DNA from: Nannocystis bainbridge
GTDB lineage: Bacteria > Myxococcota_A > Polyangia > Nannocystales > Nannocystaceae
Length of the DNA stretch: 64,000 bases
Reading direction: 5' to 3'
Assembly (NCBI RefSeq): GCF_028368995.1
Contig: NZ_JAQNDL010000001.1
Span: 1,280,001 to 1,344,000, forward strand
The notes under the pieces were generated by a model, which saw only the letters and a program-made list of their open reading frames with translations, made no database searches and was not told the origin of the DNA. Both the position numbers and the translations under genes were made by a program. Shown one piece after another: positions 42,769 through 53,335 of the stretch. Each line of letters opens with the position of its first letter. Within the stretch, counting starts at the first letter, position 1.

Positions 42769-43197
42769 TCACTCCGTCAACCCGAGCGCCGCCACGAACG
42801 CCGCGAAGACGGGCGCCGCCACGATCCAGCGGTTGCCCTCGCTCCGGGACCACCGCAGCCGCAGCACCTGCGGCTGGACGGCATCGAAGCGATAGTCGAG
42901 CACGATCGGCGCGTCGGAGCCGGGCCCGAAGTCGCCGACGATCAGCGCGAGGTCCGGATCGATGCCATCCGGGTCGGCCATGGGGTCGCGCCAAAAGCTC
43001 GGGTACTTCGACATCGCCGCCCGGACCGTCGTGAACGGCGGTCGCGCCAGACAGAGCCCGTCCTCCTCGGGCGCGAGCGCCTGGATCCGCGCCAACTTGG
43101 CCCACGGCGCTCGCTGCTGGCTCAGCACCTCCTCGCGGGTGCGAGGCCAGCGGCCCGCGTCGAGCAGCACCTGCAGCAGCGGCGGCGGCGGCAGCAC
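42769..43197 (-). CDS. Hypothetical protein, SUKH/SMI1-like
   Basis: IVGDFGPGSDAPIVLDYR...WIVAAPVFAAFVAALGL. Confidence 0.6.
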   Translation of the reverse strand: MLPPPPLLQVLLDAGRWPRTREEVLSQQRAPWAKLARIQALAPEEDGLCLARPPFTTVRAAMSKYPSFWRDPMADPDGIDPDLALIVGDFGPGSDAPIVLDYRFDAVQPQVLRLRWSRSEGNRWIVAAPVFAAFVAALGLTE

Positions 43198-43290
43198 GAT
43201 CGCAGCCTAGCACCCCGCGAGTCGGCATCGTCGCTCTTCTCGAAGTCCCTGCCGCTCGCATTTTCTCGCCGCGCGCGGCTACCATCGTCG

Positions 43291-44784
43291 GTGGTGACCC
43301 GCCCCTCGCCCTTCGTCCGCCTCGGGTTCGCCGTGCGTCGCGGCTTCGGGCGCTTCACCCCCGATCCCTTCGTCGTCGCCGTCGCCATGACGCTCGTCAC
43401 CCTCGTCGCCGGCCTCGTCGCCCTCGGTGACGGCGCCGGCGGCCTCGTCCCCGTCCTCCGCCTGTGGAGCGCCAGCGGCGGCCTGTGGTCGCTGCTGGCC
43501 TTCGCCGGCCAGATGGCGCTCATGCTGACCCTCGGCACCGCCCTCGCCGCCGCCCCGCCCGTGCGGCGCGGCCTCGAAGCCCTCGCCCGTCGGGCCAGCG
43601 GCCCGCGCGGCCTCGTCGGCCTGGTCGCCTTTGGCTCCTGCACCCTCTGCCTCTTCAACTGGTCGCTCGGCCTCGTCTGCGGCGCCATGTTCGCCCGCAC
43701 CGCCGGCGACGAGGCGCGCCGTCGCGGCCTCGCCGTGCACTACCCGCTCCTGTGCGCCGCCGGCTACGCCGGCATGATGGTGTGGCACGGCGGCCTGTCC
43801 GGCACCGCCCCGCTCAAGGCCACCACCCTCGCCGACCTCACCGAGGTCCTCGGCCCCGAGCTCGCCGCTCGCGTCGGCCCGATCGGCCTCGACGCCAGTC
43901 TGCTCGGCGGCCTCAACCTCGCCGTCACCGGCGGCCTGTGGCTGCTGGCCCCGCTCGTGTTCATGGCCCTCACCCCGGCCGCCGGCGCCGACCCCGACCC
44001 GCAGCCCGCCCCGCCCCCGGGACATGTCCTCCTCGACATTGTTGAAGGGACATGTCCCGAGGAACATGCCCCTTCGACCACGGGCGCCCCCTCGACCGGA
44101 GCCACCAGCGCTCTGCCCGCCCCGTCCGGCCCGCGGGCTCCCGCCGCCCCGCCCGTGAGCGGTCTCGACTGGCTCGAGCGCTCGCCGCTGGTCGTGTGGG
44201 CGCTGGCGCTGCCGGCCGCGGCCGCGCTGGTATTTGCGCTCGGCGACACCGCCGGCCCGGCGCTCGACCTCAACGCCATCAACCTCGCGCTGTGGGTGCT
44301 CGCCCTGGTCCTGCACGGCCGCCCCGACGCCTTCGTGCGCGCCTGCGACGGCGGAGCCCGGGCCTCCGCCGGCATCCTGCTGCTGTTCCCGCTCTACGGC
44401 GGCATCATGGGCGTCATGAAGGGCACCGGCCTGGCCGCGGCGCTCGCCGGCGCGTTCGCGGCCGCCGACCCGCGCGTCTTCACCACCCTCACCTTCGTCT
44501 CGGCCGGCTTCCTCAACCTCTTCATCCCCTCGGGCGGCGGCCAGTGGGCCGTGCAGGGGCCGATCGTCATGAGCGCGGCGCTCGAGCGCGGCGTCGACCC
44601 GACCCACGCGATGCTGGCGATCGCCTACGGCGACCAGTGGACCAACATGCTGCAGCCGTTCTGGGCCGTCCCGCTGCTGGCGATCACCGGCGTGCGCGCG
44701 CGCGACATCATCGGTTACTGCACCCTGTGGCTGCTCGCCGGCGGCCTGTGGATCGCCGCCTGCCTGTTCCTCGCCTCGCTGTGA
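43291..44784 (+). CDS. atoE: Short-chain fatty acid transporter (AtoE family)
   Basis: PDPFV, WHGGLSG, FPLYGGIMG, IPSGGGQWAVQGP, GDQWTNMLQPFW. Confidence 0.85.
   Translation: MVTRPSPFVRLGFAVRRGFGRFTPDPFVVAVAMTLVTLVAGLVALGDGAGGLVPVLRLWSASGGLWSLLAFAGQMALMLTLGTALAAAPPVRRGLEALARRASGPRGLVGLVAFGSCTLCLFNWSLGLVCGAMFARTAGDEARRRGLAVHYPLLCAAGYAGMMVWHGGLSGTAPLKATTLADLTEVLGPELAARVGPIGLDASLLGGLNLAVTGGLWLLAPLVFMALTPAAGADPDPQPAPPPGHVLLDIVEGTCPEEHAPSTTGAPSTGATSALPAPSGPRAPAAPPVSGLDWLERSPLVVWALALPAAAALVFALGDTAGPALDLNAINLALWVLALVLHGRPDAFVRACDGGARASAGILLLFPLYGGIMGVMKGTGLAAALAGAFAAADPRVFTTLTFVSAGFLNLFIPSGGGQWAVQGPIVMSAALERGVDPTHAMLAIAYGDQWTNMLQPFWAVPLLAITGVRARDIIGYCTLWLLAGGLWIAACLFLASL
44020..44082. repeat. 14-bp-period array inside a CDS
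   Basis: Cores at 44023, 44037, 44051, 44065, 44079 in a transporter loop. Confidence 0.85.
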
Positions 44785-44902
44785 CCGCAGGGCGTGATTC
44801 CGGCGCCTCCCGCTGTGGGCCTCGCCAGTCGCCGCATCCTCGTCGCTGCTTCGCTGTGATCCACGGCCCCGCCTCGCGGGGACTCGCAGTCCGCGAGTCG
44901 CC

Positions 44903-44968
44903 AGAAATGTCCCTTCGAGCATGCCCCTTAAAACATGTCTCTTCGAGCATGCCCTTTCAGACATGCTC
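44903..44968. repeat. 14-bp-period array between convergent genes
   Basis: Cores at 44906, 44920, 44934, 44948, 44962. Confidence 0.9.
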
Positions 44969-44984
44969 TCTCACACCGCCGGCC

Positions 44985-45686
44985 TCACAGGCACAGCGAC
45001 ACCAGATCGCCGATCACTTCCTTGCACGTCGTCCCCTCCGCGCACACCGGCGCGTCGGGCGAGCCCGTGCACAGGGCCGCGCACATCCCGGTGAGCGTCC
45101 CCGCGTCGACCTCGAAGCACACCAGGCCCTTCGCGCAGTCGTCGAGCCCGCTGTGCGGCTGGTCCTGGACCGTGCACGCCTCACCGACCGCCGCGCCCGG
45201 ATTGGCCGCCGGCACGCACGCGATCGCCGTCAATGTCCCGTCGTCGCCGACGGGCGCGCACTTCTGACCGTCGGGGCAGTCCTGCACCCACGGATCGCAG
45301 TCGAGCTGCACGCCCATGTCGGGCGCCGCGTAGATGAACGCCCCGCCCTCGCTCGAGCTGCTGCAGCTCACGCACTCGGTCGTGCTCGTCTCGCCGCCCT
45401 CGCTGCCGCTGCTCGTCCCGGTCCCGCCGATCGTCCCGCTCGACGTCGGCGCGCTCGTCAGCGTCGTCCCCTCGGTCGTCGAGGACGTCGAGCCTGTCAC
45501 TTCGGTGGTCGCGTCGCCCGACTCGCTGTCGCCCTTGTCGGTCCCGCAGGCCGCCCCGAGCAGCGCCAGCCCGACCGCCCAGCCCCACCCGCCCGGGGCT
45601 GTCCCTTCGGCCAGATGAGTCCCGCAGAACGGGCACACGGACTCGGCGATGCGGAGATGGCGGGCACAGCCGGAGCAGGGCTTCAT
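44985..45686 (-). CDS. Cys-rich lipoprotein-like protein, candidate splicease substrate
   Basis: N-terminal CSGCARH...CPFCG, GAAC lipobox-like motif, Thr/Ser linker, FIYAAP, Cys-rich C-terminus. Confidence 0.8.
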   Translation of the reverse strand: MKPCSGCARHLRIAESVCPFCGTHLAEGTAPGGWGWAVGLALLGAACGTDKGDSESGDATTEVTGSTSSTTEGTTLTSAPTSSGTIGGTGTSSGSEGGETSTTECVSCSSSSEGGAFIYAAPDMGVQLDCDPWVQDCPDGQKCAPVGDDGTLTAIACVPAANPGAAVGEACTVQDQPHSGLDDCAKGLVCFEVDAGTLTGMCAALCTGSPDAPVCAEGTTCKEVIGDLVSLCL

Positions 45687-45832
45687 CACCCTCACGCTAC
45701 CGCCGCCGCCGCTTGCGGGCAACTCACGGGGCCGGGGCCGCGAGCGCCGTCGCCCTCACACGAATTCTCGAGCCGCCGAATGCCCCGATCGAGCTCGTCC
45801 TTCGCCCCGCGTCGAGCCGCGAGCGATCGCCG

Positions 45833-47149
45833 TCATAGCTCGCCGAGCGGCGTGCCCGGGCCGAAGAACGCCACCTCTCGCCCGCAGCGCGGCCCCTCGA
45901 TCGTCACCGGCCCCGCGCCGGCAGCCTTCGGCTCACGCACCACGCGGAACAGCCCGTGGGCGAACGCCTGATCGTCGGCGCCCGCGACCTGCTCGACGCG
46001 CTCGCGTAGGCCCATCCGATCCATCTCGAGCGCGCGGTGATGGCAATAGGGGTTGTTGCCCGGGCGCCCGAGCAGCGGCTCGCTCATCGCCGTGCAGCCG
46101 CCCATGCAAGTGTCGGCGTAATAGCACTCGCGGCAATAGCCCCACAGCGAATCGAGGCCGCGCTGCTCGACGTAGCGGATCTCCGGCGCCCGCTCCCACA
46201 GCGCGCGCAGCCCGTGGTCGCGCCAGTTGCCGCCGGCGTTGACCGCACCGCCGACGCTCGGGCACGACTTGATGGTCCCGTCGGCCTCGATCCCGAGCCC
46301 GGTGCGCCCCGCCGAGCAGCCCTTGTAATGCCCGTCCTCCTGCTGCAGGCGGCGCAGCTTGCCCTCGAGCGGGCCGAAGTAGCCGAGGTTGTTGCCCGGC
46401 CAGAACCGCAGCTTGCGGGCCGCGCAGCGGGCGATCACGCGGTCGAGCATGGGGAACAGCTCGAGCAGTTCGAATGGTTGCAGCAGCAGCTCGGGGTGGT
46501 CGGCCGCGTTGCCGTGCGGCATCGTCAAGAACATCTGCCACACCTCGGCCCCGGCGTCGGCCAGCAGCTCGCCGAGCGGCAGCAGCTCGCGCCAGGTCAG
46601 CCGGTTGATCTGCGTGTTGGCGGCGATGCGCGCCCCCGCCTTGCGGCTGTGCGCCAGCGCCTCGAAGCAGCGGCGCCACCCGCCCGGCGTCCCACGCAGC
46701 GTGTCGTGGCTGGCCTCGAGCCCGTCGATCGACACCGACACCAGCTGCAGCCCGGCCTCCACCAGGGCGTCGGCGCGGGTCTGGGTCAGCCCGAGCCCGC
46801 CGGTGGTCAGCGAGCAGCTCATGCCGCGCTCGCGGATGCGCCGGATGACCCAAAGGACATCTGCGCGCAGGTAGGCCTCGCCGCCGATCAGCGCCACCTC
46901 GCCGACACCGAGCTCGGCCAGCTCGTCGACCAGGCGCAGCGCCTCGTCGGTCGTCAGCTCGTCCGGCCGCGCGGTCCCGGCGCGAGGGCCGCACGCCTGA
47001 CAGCGCTGGTCGCAGGCGCGCGTGAACTCCCACACCGCCAGCGCTGGCCGCTGGACCGCGCCCCGCGGCGGCGGCAGCACGCGGCGGCCGCGACCCGGCG
47101 GCAGCGACTCCACCACCGGCAAGCGCCGGCGCGCCTCACGGAGCTTCAC
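45833..47149 (-). CDS. Radical SAM/SPASM protein of PlpX-like splicease type
   Basis: AVWEFTRACDQRCQACG, IGGEA, NTQINR, GNAAD..LLLQP, GNNLGYFGP, GIEADG.IK.CP, GNNPYCHHRA. Confidence 0.88.
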   Translation of the reverse strand: MKLREARRRLPVVESLPPGRGRRVLPPPRGAVQRPALAVWEFTRACDQRCQACGPRAGTARPDELTTDEALRLVDELAELGVGEVALIGGEAYLRADVLWVIRRIRERGMSCSLTTGGLGLTQTRADALVEAGLQLVSVSIDGLEASHDTLRGTPGGWRRCFEALAHSRKAGARIAANTQINRLTWRELLPLGELLADAGAEVWQMFLTMPHGNAADHPELLLQPFELLELFPMLDRVIARCAARKLRFWPGNNLGYFGPLEGKLRRLQQEDGHYKGCSAGRTGLGIEADGTIKSCPSVGGAVNAGGNWRDHGLRALWERAPEIRYVEQRGLDSLWGYCRECYYADTCMGGCTAMSEPLLGRPGNNPYCHHRALEMDRMGLRERVEQVAGADDQAFAHGLFRVVREPKAAGAGPVTIEGPRCGREVAFFGPGTPLGEL

Positions 47150-47266
47150 CAGGGCCACGCTAACACGGTCCCGGCGCCGCTCTTTCGCGTGTGATCCAAA
47201 TCGGCTCGCCGCGCTGCGAACAGTCTTGCACACCCGCCGCCCCGCCCTCACGTTCCAGGGAGCAAC

Positions 47267-48127
47267 ATGCCCGCACCCGAGACCTCTCCGCGACCTGCGA
47301 CGACGACTTCCCGTCTTCGAGAGCCCCCCTTCACCCTCCTGCGCAGGGCGATGGGCGACGGGCCCACGCGGCGGCGCAAGCTGCTCGGCCTGGCGCTGGC
47401 GCTGCGCAGCTACGGCGACGAGCGGCAGGTGATGCCGAGGCTGCAGCGCCTCAAGGAGCTGGGGTGGGTCGACGAGATCCCGACGCGGATCCAGCGAATG
47501 CTCGGCGCGATCGACATGATGCGGTTCTTCATCGTGCCATGCGCGGCCGACTATTACCGGTCGAAGGGCATCAACTTCTATTTTCACACCCTGCTGCGCT
47601 TCCTCGACGACCCCTCGTCGCTCATCGATCCCACGGGCTTCAACAGCGGGCGCGACACCATCATCGGCCACGTCCTCCAGGTCGTGCACGCCAACCCCGA
47701 CTACGACCTGCAGCTGCTCGACTCGTTCCCCGACGGCCTGCACGCGATGGAGGAGCAGATCCTGGCGATCCTCGGCGGCACCCACCCGCGCGCCGCCTCG
47801 CTGCTCGCCACCGTCGAGGACCCGGAGTACCACGCCCGCCTGCTCGACCACGTGCGCGAGTTCCGGCGCCGCCAGCCGACGAGCGCCTCGCTGGTCCGCG
47901 AGAACATCCTCGGCGACGCCCACTTCCGGGTGCTCGAGCGGACCTTCGGCGAGCTGCCCCGGGCCATGCGCTACTTCAGCAAGCTGCCCCGCAGCCCGCT
48001 CGCGGCCGCCCGCCACCTGCTGTCGGTGCGCGAGTTCCCGCTGCACCTGGCCGAGGCGCTCTACAGCGAGCGGCCGGCCCCGCCCGAGGCGCTCTACGCC
48101 GAGCCGCCGGCCCCGGCCGAGACATGA
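47267..48127 (+). CDS. Hypothetical protein
   Basis: Strong codon bias, GGAG RBS, no family recognised. Confidence 0.7.
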   Translation: MPAPETSPRPATTTSRLREPPFTLLRRAMGDGPTRRRKLLGLALALRSYGDERQVMPRLQRLKELGWVDEIPTRIQRMLGAIDMMRFFIVPCAADYYRSKGINFYFHTLLRFLDDPSSLIDPTGFNSGRDTIIGHVLQVVHANPDYDLQLLDSFPDGLHAMEEQILAILGGTHPRAASLLATVEDPEYHARLLDHVREFRRRQPTSASLVRENILGDAHFRVLERTFGELPRAMRYFSKLPRSPLAAARHLLSVREFPLHLAEALYSERPAPPEALYAEPPAPAET

Positions 48128-48185
48128 CCTTCAGGGCATGTCCACGAGGGCATGCCCCATGGGACATGCCTCCGGCGACATGTCC

Positions 48186-48196
<11 letters not shown>
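48120..48196. repeat. 14-bp-period array spanning both stops of convergent genes
   Basis: Cores at 48123, 48137, 48151, 48165, 48179, 48193. Confidence 0.9.
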
Positions 48197-48842
<646 letters not shown>

Positions 48843-48928
48843 GGCCCGGGTTATGGCACGACTCGCGCGCGGGCTGTAGTCCTCGTCCGCTCTCGCCGGC
48901 GCGTCGACTCACGGCGATCGGCCGGGCG

Positions 48929-48984
48929 GCCGCGGGGCCGCGGGGCCGCGGAGCCGCAGGGCCGCGGAGCCGCAGGGCCGCAGC
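48929..48984. repeat. 8-bp tandem repeat (GCCGCRGR)
   Basis: Run of gccgcggg/gccgcgga/gccgcagg units just beyond the stop at 48985. Confidence 0.8.
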
Positions 48985-50214
48985 TCATGGGTGCTTGTCG
49001 CCGACGTCGCAGAGGAAGCGGTAGCTGCTCGCGCCCTCGCCGAAGCTCACGGTCGCGTAGCTCTTGGCGGTGCCGTCCGGGTTCCACTTGTAGATCATCG
49101 AGCAGCCGGCGCAGTGGTCCTCGTCGGGCTGATCGGCGTAGGGAGTGTCGCGGACCCAGTAGGGTTGGTCGTCGCCGGCGCGCCAGCCGGGGCAGTCGTT
49201 CGAGTTGAGCGCCTTCATCTCGCAGGTGGCCCCGACCGCCGTGGGATAGATGGCGAGGATCGCCAGGTAGTCGACGTTCGCCGCCACCGAGCCGCCGCCG
49301 ACCGGGGCGATGTTGCTGGTGGTCGCGACCTCGTACGACGACTTCACGTGCGCCGGCGTGCGCGTGACGAGCAGGTGCATGCCGTACTTCTTGCACACCT
49401 CCTCGGCCTTCTTGGCGCCCTTGTCGCTCTCGAGGCCGAACTCGCTGTCGACCTTGAGGAACGTGTAGCCGCCGCCGTCGCTGTCCATGTCGCACCACGC
49501 CTCGACGCTGGTCTCGCCGCCGAGCGCCTCGGGCCACAGACGGTATTTGCCGGTGCTGGCGCGCGGCACCAGCGTCTTGACCTGCAGGCAGCTCCTGGCC
49601 TCGACGCACGACGACATGCAGCCGTCGGTCTCGTCGGTGTTGTTGTCGTCGCAGTCCTCTTCGCCGTTGATGATCGCGTCGCCGCAGCGGGGCCCCGGCT
49701 CGCACGCGGTGGTGCAGCCCTCGTAGGCCTCGTCGTCGTTGGCCGGGCCGGCGTCGCACTGCTCGAGCTCGGCGCGGACGAAGCCGTCGCCACAGCGGGC
49801 GTGCTGACACGCGCCGACGCACGCGTCGGTGTCGTCGTCGTTGCCGTCGTCGCACGCCTCGCCGGCCTGGAGCACCCCGTCGCCGCAGGTCGTCGGCGTG
49901 CAGTCCGACTTGCAGGCGTCGAGCTCGTCGTCGTTGCCGTCGTCGCACTGCTCGTCGCCGGCCACCACCCCGTCGCCGCACACCGGCGGCACTTCGGTCG
50001 TGACCGTCGGCTCGCTCGAAGTCGTCAGCGGCGGGGTCGAGGTCGTCGTCGCCTCGGTCGTCGTCGTGCCCGGATCGCCGGTGGTCGCGGTGTCGGCCAG
50101 CGCCGCGCAGGCGAAGTCGCCCTCGCGGCAGCCGGACGAGTGACAGGCGGGCACCGTCGCCAGCGCAGCGGCGGCGAAGAGACCAGGGAGGAGGGCTCGG
50201 GACGCGGCGGCCAT
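48985..50214 (-). CDS. Lipoprotein with Myxococcus Cys-rich repeats and fibrinogen-like domain
   Basis: Four CGD..E.CD repeats; WCDMDSDGGGYT. Confidence 0.82.
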   Translation of the reverse strand: MAAASRALLPGLFAAAALATVPACHSSGCREGDFACAALADTATTGDPGTTTTEATTTSTPPLTTSSEPTVTTEVPPVCGDGVVAGDEQCDDGNDDELDACKSDCTPTTCGDGVLQAGEACDDGNDDDTDACVGACQHARCGDGFVRAELEQCDAGPANDDEAYEGCTTACEPGPRCGDAIINGEEDCDDNNTDETDGCMSSCVEARSCLQVKTLVPRASTGKYRLWPEALGGETSVEAWCDMDSDGGGYTFLKVDSEFGLESDKGAKKAEEVCKKYGMHLLVTRTPAHVKSSYEVATTSNIAPVGGGSVAANVDYLAILAIYPTAVGATCEMKALNSNDCPGWRAGDDQPYWVRDTPYADQPDEDHCAGCSMIYKWNPDGTAKSYATVSFGEGASSYRFLCDVGDKHP

Positions 50215-50234
50215 GGCGAGTCGGAAGCAGCGGG

Positions 50235-50915
50235 TCAGAAGCGGGCCACGAGGCCGGCGCCGAACGGGGCGCCGGTGAGCGTGGCGCGGCCCGGGCGGAG
50301 CTGCCGGCGGGCCAGGAGGTAACGGGTCAGCAGCGCCACACCTGCCCCGAAGGCCAGGCCGACTCCGGCGCCGAGGAACATCGCCGCCGCCCCCTCGCGC
50401 CGCAGCGGCGAGAGGTCGAGCGCCGCGTCACTCTTGCCGCCGTCGTGGAGCATCTTCTGCACGCGCTGCCACTCGGTGACGTACCACGCCACCCCGACGA
50501 TGGCGAGCGTCCCCCCGCCCGCGAGCTCGCCCCACAGCGCCCGGTCGCGGGCTCCGAGCCCCGCGGTGAGCGCACTCGCCCCGAGCCCGAGCCCCGCGCC
50601 GATCATCGCCGTGCCGGTGTGGGTCGCGTTGACGGCGGACACGTACGCGGCGTTGTCGGGCGCCGGCGTGAACACGCGATAGACATGACGGTCGCGCAAG
50701 ACGAGGCCGATCCCCGTCCCCAGCGTCAGCCCGCCGGTGAGCCCGAGCCCGAGTCCGAGCCCCAGCCGCGCGTCCGGCGACAGCCGCACCTCCGGGGTCG
50801 GGGCCGCGGGGCCGCGGCGCGGCGCCTGGCCGGCCGGGACCTGGGGCGAGACGGCGACCACGAGCGCCAGCGCCGACGCGACGACCGAAGCGACCATCCG
50901 TCCCGGCAATAGCAT
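50235..50915 (-). CDS. Hypothetical membrane protein
   Basis: Several Gly-rich hydrophobic helices; start may be 50897. Confidence 0.65.
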   Translation of the reverse strand: MLLPGRMVASVVASALALVVAVSPQVPAGQAPRRGPAAPTPEVRLSPDARLGLGLGLGLTGGLTLGTGIGLVLRDRHVYRVFTPAPDNAAYVSAVNATHTGTAMIGAGLGLGASALTAGLGARDRALWGELAGGGTLAIVGVAWYVTEWQRVQKMLHDGGKSDAALDLSPLRREGAAAMFLGAGVGLAFGAGVALLTRYLLARRQLRPGRATLTGAPFGAGLVARF

Positions 50916-51004
50916 CCTTCCTCGCCGCTTGCACCCCCGGGGGCGTGCGCGCGGGCGCGTCCCCGGCGGCGCGGGACGTCGCCTGCATGTGGTACACGCG
51001 TCGT

Positions 51005-53335
51005 ATGGTCTCGCCCCAGGACCCGAGCGCGCCGGGCCCTTCCCCGTCGCCCCGCCCTGTCCCGCGCTGGTCGGTCGGCGCCCTCGCGCTCGTGCACGCG
51101 GGCATCTTCGCCTGGGCCGCCAGCGTGCTCCCGTGGCAGCGCTGGACCGCCTTCGCGGCGCTGACCGCCGGCCTCGCGCTCGCCCACGCCGTCACCGCCG
51201 CGTTCGCGCTCGCCGGCAGCCGCCACCGCGCCCGCGTGTGGCGGATCGGCTCCGCGCTGTCGCTGCTCTACCTCGCCATCCAGACCCTCATCGCCGCGCG
51301 CGCCGGCACCTACGTCGCCGCCCTCTACGGCGGCCTCGGCAAGGGCGTGTTCGCGGCCCTGGCCGCGCTGTGGGCCGTGCTCGTGCTCGTCACCTTGCCG
51401 TTCGCCGTGTGGGGCCTGGCCGCCACCGGCGGCCTCGGGTCCGGCCCCGGCCTGCGCCGCCGCGTCACTGGCGGCCTCGCGATCCTGCTCGCCCTGGTCA
51501 CCACCTCGCTGTGGCGGGCCGCCGCCGCCGCCGCCGCCGAGCCGATCGCCGTGATCGATCACGACCCCGCGGCCCTCGCCGCGGCGATCCAGGACGTCCT
51601 CCCGCGCGTGCCGGCGCGCAAGGGCGCCGACCTGTCCCTTTGGACACGTGCCCCGATCACCTGCGACTTCCCCGTCGACCGCCCGACCGCCTTCGTCGTC
51701 TACCCCGTCGCCGACAAGCCGGCCAAGAAGGGCCAGGGCATCAAGCTGCGCCCCGCGGCCCGCTGCGTCCAGGCCGACGACCCCGCCGGCCTCGTCGCCG
51801 CGCTCGGGGCCGTGGTCGCCGACGCCGGCGCGCCCGGGCCGATGAAGATCGACGTCGTCAGCGGCGCCCAGCCGCTGCGCGACGACTCGCCCGGCCCCTT
51901 GCCCCTGCTCCTCCGGCCCGGCCTCGACGGCGCCTGCGACGGCGCGCGCTGCCTGCTGCCGTGGCAGCTGCTCGGCCTCCATCAATTCCTCACCTACACC
52001 CCGCTGCCGTTCATCGAGGACCTGCGGTTCGGCGCCGCGCCGGCGGCCCTGCGCAAGGCCCTCGCACGCAAGGGCGACCCCGCCCCCGAGCCCGACGTCG
52101 GCATCGAGGGCCTCACCCGCCTCGCCACCGTCAGCCTCGTCGTCGACGGCGCCGGCGTCGTGCGCCCGCTGCCGCGCTTGCGCGACCCGATCGATCGACT
52201 CGACGCCGACCTGCTCGCCGACTCCGTCGCCGGCGCCGAGGCCCACATCCTCGCCGCCCAGGGCGACGACGGCCGCTTCCGCTACCTCCTGCACCCCTTC
52301 ACCGGCAAGGTCACCTGGCGCGGCTTCGCCGTCCCGCGCCAGGCCGGCACCACCCTCGCCCTGTGCGAGCTCGGCAGCGACGCCGCCGTGCCCGCCGCCC
52401 GCAAGTCGCTGGCGATGCTCGCCGGCCTGCGCAAGGACTACCCCGGACCTGGCCATTCGGTCCTGTCCTATCAGGAAGGTCGGCCGCCGACCCTCGGCGA
52501 CCTCGGCAGCACCGCCCTGCCGCTGATCGCCTTCCTCACCTGCCGCGATCGCACCGGCCCCGAGCACGACGAGCTCATCGGCGCGCTCGGCCGCTACCTC
52601 CTGGCGATGCAGCGCCCCGACGGCGGCTTTCATGCCCGCGTCACCCTCGCCACCGGCGAGGCCCACGTCGGCCCCGACCTGCTCTACGCCGCCGGCCAGG
52701 CGGTCTACGCCCTGGTCCTGCTCGAGCAGCTGACCGCGCGCGGCGCGAGCGAGCTGCTGCCCGCGCACGCCGAAGTCAAGGCCGCCGTCGCCCGCGCGAT
52801 GGACTACTTCGCCGACGACTACTGGGCCCACGGCCTCTACGGCTTCTTCTTCCTCGAGGAGAACTGGCACTGCCTGGCCGCCCGCGCCGCTCTCGGCGTC
52901 CACCGTCACCCCGGCTACGAGCGCTTCTGCCTCGACTACGTCGATTTCAAGCAGCGCCTGATCATGGACGAGTCGAGCGGCGTCGCCCCCGAGCTGGTCG
53001 GCTCGTACGGCTTCGGCAACGTGCTCATCCCCCACAACACCCCGTCGGCCGGCTTCGGCGAGGCCATGGCCGCGGCCATGGCCGTGCGCGCCGCCGACGG
53101 CCAGCCGCGCCCCGAGGACGCGGCGCTGATGACGAAGGTGCTGACCTTCCTGATCGAGCAACAATGGTCGGCCGCCAACTGCTTCGCGTGCTCGCGCGAG
53201 CAGAAAGTCATCGGCGGCTGGTCGGAGTCGATCGGCTCGCTCGACGTGCGCATCGACTACACCCAGCACGCCTGGTCGGCCCTCGGCCACGGCGGCCGCG
53301 AGCTCGGCCTGCTGCCGCGGAGCGGCGGTGGCTGA
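51005..53335 (+). CDS. Membrane-anchored protein with (alpha/alpha)-barrel-like C-terminal domain
   Basis: About five N-terminal TM helices; QGDDGRFRY, MQRPDGGF and RIDYTQH motifs. Confidence 0.7.
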   Translation: MVSPQDPSAPGPSPSPRPVPRWSVGALALVHAGIFAWAASVLPWQRWTAFAALTAGLALAHAVTAAFALAGSRHRARVWRIGSALSLLYLAIQTLIAARAGTYVAALYGGLGKGVFAALAALWAVLVLVTLPFAVWGLAATGGLGSGPGLRRRVTGGLAILLALVTTSLWRAAAAAAAEPIAVIDHDPAALAAAIQDVLPRVPARKGADLSLWTRAPITCDFPVDRPTAFVVYPVADKPAKKGQGIKLRPAARCVQADDPAGLVAALGAVVADAGAPGPMKIDVVSGAQPLRDDSPGPLPLLLRPGLDGACDGARCLLPWQLLGLHQFLTYTPLPFIEDLRFGAAPAALRKALARKGDPAPEPDVGIEGLTRLATVSLVVDGAGVVRPLPRLRDPIDRLDADLLADSVAGAEAHILAAQGDDGRFRYLLHPFTGKVTWRGFAVPRQAGTTLALCELGSDAAVPAARKSLAMLAGLRKDYPGPGHSVLSYQEGRPPTLGDLGSTALPLIAFLTCRDRTGPEHDELIGALGRYLLAMQRPDGGFHARVTLATGEAHVGPDLLYAAGQAVYALVLLEQLTARGASELLPAHAEVKAAVARAMDYFADDYWAHGLYGFFFLEENWHCLAARAALGVHRHPGYERFCLDYVDFKQRLIMDESSGVAPELVGSYGFGNVLIPHNTPSAGFGEAMAAAMAVRAADGQPRPEDAALMTKVLTFLIEQQWSAANCFACSREQKVIGGWSESIGSLDVRIDYTQHAWSALGHGGRELGLLPRSGGG

